Below are positions 53,940-64,000 of a DNA stretch of 64,000 nt, in pieces. The translations under genes were made by a program, and so were the position numbers. How positions within the stretch are numbered: position 1 is the stretch's first letter; each line of letters starts with the position of its first letter. This stretch comes from the human T2T-CHM13v2.0 reference genome, Homo sapiens. The DNA lies in assembly GCF_009914755.1 (NCBI RefSeq), contig NC_060939.1; one strand, written 5' to 3'. The notes below the pieces were generated by a model. That model was not told the origin of the DNA, searched no databases, and was given only the letters and a program-made list of their open reading frames with translations.

Positions 53940-54280
53940 TAAATTCATTCACCAAAAGAGATTGAGCCTTTCTCTGGACCATATAGTGTGCTAGGCCCGG
54001 AGTGAGTATGGGAGAAGATGGATGAGCTCCCTGACCAGTCCTTTTCCTTGGTTTGTATAAGTGAAGCCTTATTCTCCTGGGCATCTGATATTATCTAACA
54101 TACCATTTGGTTTATGTTTTACTTTTTTGATTCTCTGTCTTCCCCTGCAACATAATGCAAGTGTCATGAAGATAGGGATTGTTATCCAGTGCTGTCAGTC
54201 TACCATTGTATGTCAAGGGTCTAGAACAGTATCTAGTATGCGGTAGGTACTCAGTAAATTTGGTGAATAAATGAATCAGA
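53940..54280. mobile_element. L2 3' end fragments in both orientations
   Basis: gtaggtactcagtaaatttggtgaataaatgaat L2 tail. Confidence 0.6.
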
Positions 54281-54349
54281 AGTAAACAAACAAGGAACCA
54301 AACCCGCACAAGAAAGAAAGCTACAAAGAAGGGAAAGAAAAAATTCACA

Positions 54350-55030
54350 GAACCTCCGTCTGCCCATACAAGCCACTTATGACTATGCTCATTTTGGTGG
54401 ATATTCTTTCACTCACAAAAATTTACAAGTCTGTTCTCCAATGCCTTCTATTTCACAAACAGCTTTTTTCTTTTTTACTTAACAATACATTGAATATCCA
54501 TTCCATAATATAGCTTTATATTTATGGTTACATAGCCAACTATTGTTTGGCTTATACCATAAATTATTTAAGCAATTCTTATTGATAAACAGTTAAGTTG
54601 TTTGCATTGTTTTGTACTACAGACAGTGTTATGTTGAGCCCTTGTATACAAGTGTCTTTACATATGTATCTGATTTTATCTTGGGAATTAATTTTTAAAG
54701 ATAAACTCACTAGGTTAGACAGTATGTACATTTATATTTTGATAAATATTTTCAAATCACCTCCAGGAGCAAACAATTTGTACTAACACCAGAGAAAGAA
54801 AAATATGCACTTCCTCCTACACCTACCGACTCTTAGTATTATCATTCTTTCTTACGTTTGCCAATATGATAAGGAAAAATTTGCATTTCATCATTGTCTT
54901 GATACACGTTTCTTTGATTTCTATTAAGGTTAGACATCATTGTAGGTACACATCAGTGATTTGTATTTTGTGTGTGTACATGTGAACTGCTTGTTCTTGT
55001 CTTTTGCTCATTTTTCTACTGTGGTGGAAT
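54350..55030 (-). mobile_element. L1ME-type fragment
   Basis: ataccataaattattta...tttgccaatatgataagg...tttgctcatttttct. Confidence 0.65.
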
Positions 55031-55959
55031 AATATTTTTAAACATTTATTATGAAATCTACAGTTTCCCACATTGGCCCATATTGAAAAATTCAATATAG
55101 AAGGCATAAAAATGTAGAGTATTTATTCCCAGAAATGAAAATACACATTTACCCAGTAAAACAGCATTATATTAGTCATTTGATAGTAGCAGTATATTGT
55201 CCAAGAATTATTGCATTCTAACTTCACAATCTACTTCAGTTCAGCCTTTTATGTTTAGCACAATCTCCACGATTCTAAGACTTGATGGCAAGGTCATAGC
55301 AGCACTGAAACAGCAGGGAGATGACACCAGTGCTATTTGGAGTGAGATTAAATAGTTCCTGTAAATGGGAGCAGCTGGGATACCATTTATTCAAGGATGC
55401 TGTACTCAAGACACTGAGCCATCACACTCCTGCATTCTGGATGTGCTTGGGAGTTTGAGTGTTGCCAGATATGTCTGTTGACTGCCAGGGAGGAAAAGGC
55501 TCAATCTCTCTCGAACTGCAGCTTTTTGCCAGTTTGGGAGCAATGGCGGGGAAACTCATTTATGCTAGTCCCATGTGGCTCTGTGTCTGGTATAGATTGT
55601 TCAAATCTCTTGGTCCCACCAGAAAACCTATAAGCCTGATGCTAAGTTGTCTCCTGTGTGTCATTTTGGCTCATATGACTTTGCTCAGCCTGTCATCCTT
55701 CCTTTTCTGTCCTTAGAGGAACATATGAAAAGGCCCTCTTGAAGGACAAACATAATCCCTAAATATCCCAGCAACATCAAAACCCTGCCATAAAAAGCGT
55801 CATCCTTTATCCATATACCTCCTCTCCAATTAGAGTGAAAAGATGGGCAATAAACTATGCCTGGAAGCTCACAAGTTTCTATTTTATCAAAAACATAAGG
55901 GAAGAAAATTTTGGAACTGAAATTATCCTCCTTTTATCTCCTGCTACTGTATTTCTTCC

Positions 55960-56227
55960 CTTCCATGTGTGTCTCATCCATCCTAGGTCCAAAGTCCTGT
56001 TTCTAAATGGGCACTTGCCCCGCATCTGTACAGCAAACACTCCCTGGGATATGGCAGTAGAGGTTACTATCACCTTCTGGAAATGACAGGCATCCATTCC
56101 TCTAAACGCACATTTCCAGATATGACTAGATTTGTTTGTAGATTTTCCATACAGAAACTGACTTAAACACGCTGAAAATCTTAAAATACTGACAACAGAT
56201 GACTAACAGGATTTTTTTGGTGTCCTT
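55960..56227 (+). repeat. Local direct duplication, copy 1 (~270 bp)
   Basis: Aligns to 57139-57410; the ORF track shows the shared DACHFQKV...GKCPF peptides. Confidence 0.9.
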
Positions 56228-57138
56228 AAGCAACTGGATCTGAGAAATGTTTTTAAAAATATGAGCCAAGGAGCTACATGTCACACAATTTTGTCCCAGA
56301 ACTTAAAAAGCAAAATAATGTTTGGTTGCACATTTTATCATATATGTATTAAAAGTACAGACGTATTAGGCTAAGTATTATAAATATAAGGTTTTTTCAA
56401 AATTAGTTATAGATTACAAAATTAGATATAAATTACAAAATATATGTAAGAGATATATAATGGGATAAAAAGTACACATGTATTTATTTAATGTTTAATT
56501 TTTTTTAACAAAATAACAAAGCCAACACAAAAGTAGGCATCTCGAGTTCTTATTCTATGTGTCTAAGGTTTGTCTTCCCCAGTTTTGACTCTACGTTCCC
56601 TGAGACAATAAAGCTTTTTTGGGTTTCACTTGTCATCATTTCAAGACCACAGAGGCATCTATTCCAAAGCTATTATTAAAATTGCTGAAGATGTCCTTTA
56701 GCATCCTCTTGCAGATTCAGAGAATCATTTCCCTTTCCGTAGACTTGTGTTCCTTATTTGGAAGCACTCAATAATAAACAAAGCAGGAAGTGGCCAGTGC
56801 AGGGCCCCTCTGAAATGGCTGAGCAGTATTCAATCTGGTGGCAAAAAAATAAATAAATAAATAAAATTATGCTGGTGATGAGACATCACTTACATCTATA
56901 CTCAGGAAACAGAGAAAGGCCATCCACTCTGGGACCTTATAACAAGGCACATATTAATGTCTCTTTCTGTCTAAAAGGAAGGGCTAGCTCTACTTAGTAA
57001 GCAGCCATGCAACAGGGAGGTGTGGGCTGAAGAACACCATTCACAGCTCCTACATGAAGGTTGGATGCCTTCATGGTGGCTAGGATAGGGGATGAGGCCC
57101 AAAACATTCTTCCTGAGACTCACAGCCAGTGTCTGTGA

Positions 57139-57410
57139 CTTCCCTGTGTGTCTCTTTCATCTTAGGCCCAAATTCTGTCACTAAATGGGCACTTGCCCTG
57201 CATCTGTATAGCTAACATTCCCTGGGATATGGCAGGAGAGGTTACTCTCACCTTCTGGAAATGACAGGCATCCTTTCCTCTAAATGCACATTTCCATACA
57301 TGACTAAATTTGTAGATTTTCCAAATAGAAACTGATTTAAACACACTGAAAATTTTAAAATACTGCTGGCAGAAGATGACTAATGGGATTTTTGTTTTTT
57401 TAATGCCCTT
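57139..57410 (+). repeat. Local direct duplication, copy 2
   Basis: ctaaatgggcacttgccc...tcaccttctggaaatgacaggcatcc is shared with copy 1. Confidence 0.9.
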
Positions 57411-58689
57411 TCTTCATCTTTGTCACTGGATGTGAGCTCACTCTCTCTCTCCTCTTCCCAAAATGTCCTCTTGCTGCTTCTCTGACACTTCTGGCCCAGT
57501 TTAAGTCTCCATCCTTCACAAAGCCCTCCCTGGAGGCAGCATGCTATTGAAAGAGTGTGGGATTTAGAGCCAGAGTGAACTGCCAGAGTGAACAGAGTAG
57601 ATCTGTGGCCTCAGGCAAGTAACCCAAAGTCCTCAAACCTGTCTAGCCGGGGTAAGAATGACATCTACCTCTCAGGGTTATTGTACAGTTTATAAGGCAA
57701 TATTGAATGGTCATTGTTTCAAATGATTCATGAGGACCTGTGTTCCTTGTACTAGTCTTTCTGTTTTTGTGTGTGCTTGGGTATTTCCACAATAAAAATC
57801 TTTTCATAAAATATATGGTCTATAAAGCACCTAGCACATAGTAGAGAATACCCTTCTCCCCTTACTTTCCCTCTGTACCAATCTTCACTCTCTTCCTCCT
57901 CCTCAGAGTGCATCTGGTATTCATTCCTGCCCTTCAGTTAAGTGTGTCACAGACAGGGAGTATTCGAAGGCTCACTGGGAGCCAACAACGTCTGCCTCCA
58001 CCCTCAGCTACTTCTTGTTGAGGCTCCCAGGGGAGATCCAGCAATGTGAATGCCATCAGGCAAAGGAGGCCTTGTTTCCTGAGCCTCAAAGTCCAGACCC
58101 CAGGGTAGGCACCCCGTGAGCTCAGCCCCACTGTAGGATCTATAGGGCTCCTTTGTCCAAGGTGAGAGACCCTGATTTTTTCTTTGGATTCATATCCTAA
58201 TTTTGCATTTGTAGATACTTTGATTCTTGTAATGAGAAAAAGTAAATGGAAGGGAAAGAGGTAACATTTCCTCAGAGCCTAAGACAGAGCTAGTCTCAAC
58301 TACTCACTCCAGGATGCCACAGAGATGTCCCCTCTCCCTCAAAAGGGGAAGGTGCCTGGCTCTTATTAGGGACCAGGCCTCTTAAGGGAGAAGCCAGAAA
58401 ATGGCCCAGCGTGGGAGCCACAAAGAGGAAAACAGAGAACTCTTCAAAAGGTTTAGTCTCCCTTTTCCTCACTCCTCTTCGTTATGGTCCAAGAAATTCT
58501 TGACTCCCTCTTCCTGGGAAGAAGCAGAACACAAGCTGTGGGAGTGGGGTGGGGGGATGCAGGGGAGAAGAGGGAATTGGGGGTGTTGGATAGAGGCATG
58601 AATTCATCCCAGAAAAACTGAATCGTAGGGTAAAACCATAGATTTGCTTTCTGTCAGGAGGCAGGGAGGGAAGATACTGGGTAGGTTAA

Positions 58690-59495
58690 AAAGAGGAGTG
58701 ATATAGAAACTGTGTTATTGTAATAAGGAGTGTGCCTCCATTTCTTGATGATTGACAGATAGCCCTGTTTAAGCCTCACCCCTCTCTCTGCCCCTTCTGC
58801 TCCAGCCCTGGTATATTAGTCCATTCTCATGCTGCTAATAAAGACATACCTGAGACTGGGTAATTTACAAAGGAAAGAGTTTTAATTAACCCACAGTTTA
58901 GCATGTCTGGGGAGGCCTCAGGAAACCTACAATCATGGCGGAAGAGGAGGCGAACACATCCTTCTTCACATGGCGACAGCAAGAAGAATGAGAACCAAGT
59001 GAAGGGGGGTCCCTCTTATAAAACCATCTGATCTCAGGAGAACTTACTATCATGAGAACGGCTAGAGGGTAACCACTCCTGTGATTAAATTATCTCCCAC
59101 CCATCAGACCTGGGATTATGGAAACTACAATTCAAGATGAGATGTGGGTGGGGACACAGCCAAACCATATATCTGGGAAGCTGATGAGAAAACCGGGGTG
59201 CTCCCTCCTTTGGCAATAGTGTAAGATTCAAACCATATAAGCCTCTGCCCTCAGGCAGAAGCTCTCACTCTGCCCCACATGCTAACCCTCCTAACAGCCC
59301 CAGGTCAGTCTCCTTTCCTGGCTCTTTCCAGACATCCGAAGACCAGTTTGGGAGGCCTTTCCGGCTCTTCCCAGAAAAACCTTGACGATGTAATAAGAAA
59401 CTTTTTATACTCTGTTGGCATGCGTGTAACATCATAAGTCTCAACATATGAACTAAATTTGGGATGAAGGTCCTGTTTCTAAAGAGTTACTTCCA
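58690..59495 (+). mobile_element. ERVL-class LTR (MER74/MER54-like) split by THE1
   Basis: ccccttctgctccagc|THE1|ctgggaagctgatgagaaaaccggggtgctccctcctttgg...attcaaacc. Confidence 0.55.
58811..59171 (-). mobile_element. THE1C-like solo LTR
   Basis: tattagtccattctcatgctgctaataaagacatacctgagactggg...ggggacacagccaaaccatat. Confidence 0.92.
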
Positions 59496-59614
59496 TAGGA
59501 ATAAAAACGAGGAATGGGTAATATTAGCATTTATGATTTCTGAGCAATGAGATTATGAGATATTGATTTTTTCTTTTCCATGTCAGTTTACTCTAATGCA
59601 AACATCAGCAAACT

Positions 59615-59810
59615 TTTTCTGGAGAGTACCATATAGTATATGTTTTAGGCTTTCTGGGCTGTATGGTTTCAACAACTCAACACTCGACTCAGTGTGAAAG
59701 CAGCCAGAGAAAACACATAAACAAATGGACATATTCCAATAAAATTTTGTTTTAAAAATTAGACAAAGGGCTAGATTTGGCCTGCAGGTAACAGTTTGCC
59801 AACTCCTGAT
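59615..59810. mobile_element. MER58A
   Basis: cagcaaactttttctg...tgttttaggcttt...cagtttgccaactcctg. Confidence 0.75.
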
Positions 59811-61476
59811 CTAATGTTTCTATATCAAAGTCTATTATTTGCACGATTAAGAAATATAAAAGTTTATAATAGTTAAAAAAATTGGGACACGTAATCTGAA
59901 TTAAGATTAAAACCTAATGGTTGGCTAACTAACACTAATGTTTGACTCTTTGGGGGATGATAAAAGGATATGATGAGAACTGTCTTTCTTCTTAGCTATG
60001 GTTTCCTATGTATGTCCTACTTACTTACAGAGGGGGAGTCTTTGAGTCCTAGATTGTCCTGCCCATCCACCATGAGATGTTGTGACATTGGCCCTCTGAC
60101 CTTGCCAAAATTAATAACTGCTACAGTATCACAACTTGTAATCTAGAATAAGAATGTGCATCCTAAAAAAATCAATTGATCCCAGCCCTCTAGTAGTCAG
60201 AGAATAAATCTGAATATCTTAGAGGAAGCTTCTGATAAATTCAATATGGTATCACTGAATGACCATGACATGGTTTTCCATTTCCTTAGATTTAGGTTTT
60301 CCTGATTTGTTTCTGCTCACAGGGCTGGGACCTTGTAGGAGAGTGAGATGGGCTGAGCAGCTCCAGAGGAGTCTACCCTTTGCCCAGTCACTATGGGGAA
60401 TTGTCACTGCAGTTTGTATTTCATCAAGGGAAAATGCCGACCAGACTTCCAAAATGCTGCTTTGGTCCAGGCCTCATTCACAGGCCCCTAGTCATCTCTT
60501 AAAGTGTGCTTCTCTAATCAGCTGGCTTGCTATGAAGGAAACACCAAGTGTGGCAGAAATTGTCTTCCTCTTGGGAGAACAGTGGTAGAGCAGGTGCTTG
60601 AATGTGGGAATGTCAGAGCTCAGAGTGAAGGCAATTATTCTCCCCCATGTAGCTCAGCAGGGAAGAGAAATTAGCAAGGAAAAGGCAGGCAGCTGCTCTT
60701 CCCCGGGTGTCACAGCAGCTGTGATGAGAGGGCACCACACACACCTGGGCACACGCAGCCCGTGCTGGCCCCTGTAGGTCTCGTGGGCCACTGCCCAGAA
60801 TTCTGGCATGTGCTGCAGAGGCCTGTGCCACAAAGGATCTGGAAGGAGGATGATCACTTCTGGACTCTGTGCAGGGGCTGGAGGTGAAACCAGTAGGATG
60901 ATGCTTATGCATCTTCCCAAGTAGGGACATTTTTCTAAATCAAAATTAGCGCAGAGGAATAATATTCTCTCCCCGCCATCTCCAGATGCTCATCCATCCA
61001 GGCTCAATTTTTATCCAAATCAAGTGACAAATCTAATGGTGGCTATTCTACTTTCTATTAGATAATCCAAATGATGGGGAAGCAAACCCACTAATCTGGT
61101 GAGAATGGGATGACTCACACCCAGCTTTCTCTCAGTGAGGGGCAGTCCCTTCAGATTTCTCAGGAGCATGCATTATCAACCCCAGCTGGACCCTGGTGAT
61201 CAGGAAGGCTCCAGTTGTTCTTGGAGATTTCCTGTGTGAGGATTCCTGGTTCTTCTCTGCCCTTTGAACTGTGTAGCATGGAAGGGATTAAAGATTTTCA
61301 CAGAGGCCTGAGAGAAGGAGCACTATATTGGCCTAGAGGAAATAGAAATTTCTCATGTAAGCACCTGTCATTTCTGTGTGGCTAGACAGTCTTATGCTGC
61401 ATTTTAAATTTCCAGAATTCTTTTGTTTCAAGGTAAAAAATAAGCACTCCATTGGGGCCTACAAGTGTTCAATTCC

Positions 61477-61925
61477 TGTGTTAGTGACTATATTGGCTCA
61501 GCGCTGTAACAAACAAACCTCCAAGCCACAGTGGCTTATCACAATATATATACATTTTTCTCATGCATGTGGAAGTCCAATGCAGATGTTTCTGACTGGC
61601 AGGTGGCTTTCCTCCACATGGTCATTTAGGGACCCAGGCCCCTTCTACTTTGTGGCTCTTGCCTCTTTTGGAGCCACAGAGTCCTCTCCAGTTACTGAAA
61701 GACAGGGAACAAAGTAAGGAGAAGGCACATCTGCTTTTTATTCACTCAGACCCAGAGGGGACACAGATCACTTCTGGCTATGTTTCATTCATGAAAATTA
61801 GTTTGCATGGCCACACCTAGATGACAGGTGACTGTGACATGCAGTCCCTGGCTGGGCAGCCACTTCTCAGCAACAAACTGACACTATGAGGAGGGAACAT
61901 GGATCTAGGGTGATCAGCTGGCTGT
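61477..61925 (-). mobile_element. Old MLT1 (J/K-like) LTR
   Basis: tgtgttagt...gctgtaacaaacaaacctccaa...cagtggctta...gggacccaggc. Confidence 0.7.
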
Positions 61926-62359
61926 CAGCACACTCACAGCCCTTTCACACACACCCCGTAGAGCGGCCCGCTGATGCTGCCGCTCACATCCAGGATGACG
62001 GTACCCGAGATACTGCTGCATTTTGCCCTGTCCTTCATTCTCACAGGTCATCAGGTAGTACTTTTGCTCATGCTTCATTCTAAGGTAAAGGCAGGTGAGG
62101 AGCTGGGGTGAATTCATAGTAGGAAGGCCGGTCTGACTGTTTTAACAGAAGTCAATAATGCCTCCTGTAGGGCTGGGCTTCCTTGGGGTCTGAGGACGTG
62201 AGAGGGCAGAGTTAATGGTCACCTGTGTGAGAGGTGCGGCTGCAAACCTGAGGGATGAGACTGTCTTGGGAGGCAGAGCAAGATGGCCTGTGAGTAGAAC
62301 TCTTCTGAGACCACTGACGTTTCAGTTCCTTCACACCAAGCGTGAGTAATAAACATTTA

Positions 62360-62673
<314 letters not shown>

Positions 62674-63187
62674 GAAACAAACCCCTGTAACAATCTCATT
62701 CCAGATTTAAATTTCACTATATATATTTTACAAAGCCCAGGCCAGCTGTGGAATTTCCAGTTCCTTCTGATCCATTTTAACACAATTCCTATAAGTTTAT
62801 CTTTCACGCTTTTCTTTTTCAAGGTCTGACCCAGGAAATTTACATTTCTAGGATATTAAAAAAAAAAAAAAAAGACAACAACAACAACAAAAAACTGTTT
62901 CAAGTCTTTTTGGATCTATTCTCTCCTTGTTCCTCAGAAAATTCCCGTGGGCTAGAAAGTTCACAGAGCGTGAATGACACAGGGTATCCGATGTCACATG
63001 GCTGACTCAGAACAGCAGTAGGACCCAGATTCCCTAATGTCCCAAATGTTCCCAGTTGCCCTAAATGTCCTGACTCTCAGGATCTAAATTTAACTGGACC
63101 ATGCTACCTTTCTCATCTCTCCCAATCCATCTCATCCAAGAAATTCCTGTTCAAAGGACCTTGTAAACACTGAGCAATGAACTATTT

Positions 63188-63800
63188 TGACATAATAAGA
63201 AATATATATTTGGTCTTCGTCTCCAGTTCCTTAAAGAGATCTTCTAAAACCGTTGGAATTTCTTGAGTGGCAGGAGGGATAGAAGAATCTTTTATTATTT
63301 GCAGCAATGAGCTTTCAACCATAACTGACTTTATGCTAATGAAGTGATTCTTGGTGGGCCCTAGATAGCCTCAATAAGGGGGCTGGTTGCCAGAGGAACC
63401 AACCATGTGATTAGAGGGTTGGAACTTTCAGTCCCATCCCCTGACTTCCTAGGAGGGGAGAGAGGCTGGAGATGGATTTTGATCAACTAGAAACTGCTCA
63501 TAGTAAATAAAACGCTTTCCTGAGTTCTGTGAGCCATTCTAGTAAATTATTGAACCTGAGGACAAGGTTGATGGGAATCCCCCCAACTTTATAGCTGGTC
63601 CATCAGAAGTACAGTTGAACAAGACTTGCCGGTGGCATCTGACGTGAGAGTTGTCTTAGTCTTGCAGGACTGAGCCTTTGATTTGTGGGAGCTGCACTCA
63701 CTTCAGGTAATTAGTGTCAGAATTGAATTGAATTGTAGGATACTCAGTTTGTGCCAGAGAGTTGAAGAATGTGTTGGTATGAGGAAGAAATTCACAAAAA
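63188..63800 (+). mobile_element. MER21B/C ERVL LTR
   Basis: aagaaatatatatttggtct...ggttgccagaggaaccaaccatgtgattagagggttggaactttcag...agtgtcagaattgaattgaattgtagg. Confidence 0.85.
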
Positions 63801-64000
63801 AAAAAGACCAACCATCCACCAGTCTTCTTCTCTGTACTCTGCCTACAAACCCTTCAATAGCAATAGGTCAGAAACGTTTTCTTCAAACCCGTGTGATTAG
63901 AAATACAGCTTACCTGGGCAAATTTTCATCAATGTGGAAAAAGGAAGGATCTTCACACATCATCATACCCAGTCTCCAGCTCCAAAACCTTATAAGTCAA

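Overview
AT-rich, CpG-depleted, non-coding primate genomic DNA, either intergenic or deep in a long intron. AluY/Sp/Sg/Jb, THE1/MST and L1PA2/3-type elements place it in a hominoid, possibly a non-human great ape. I see no credible host protein-coding exon, RNA gene, CpG island or CRISPR-like array. The ORFs with recognisable homology are transposon debris (L1 ORF2 C-termini, ERV-L gag/protease); the rest read as Alu/repeat translations or chance frames. A large fraction of the window is interspersed repeat: L1, L2, MIR, Alu, MaLR/ERVL/ERV1 LTRs and hAT/Tigger fossils. Family calls come from remembered consensus sequences, and boundaries are approximate. I cannot support a new biological system here. 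The best leads are: (1) a 112-bp locally templated insertion with flanking direct repeats, next to a candidate exon; (2) a ~270-bp local duplication of apparently unique DNA; (3) two young L1s sharing a non-reference diagnostic variant and both lacking TSDs; (4) a perfect 16-bp hairpin; (5) recursive-splice-like YAG|GTRAG sites; (6) a possible very ancient LINE relic near 26 kb; (7) repeat-free, CpG-retaining islands that look like conserved enhancers.
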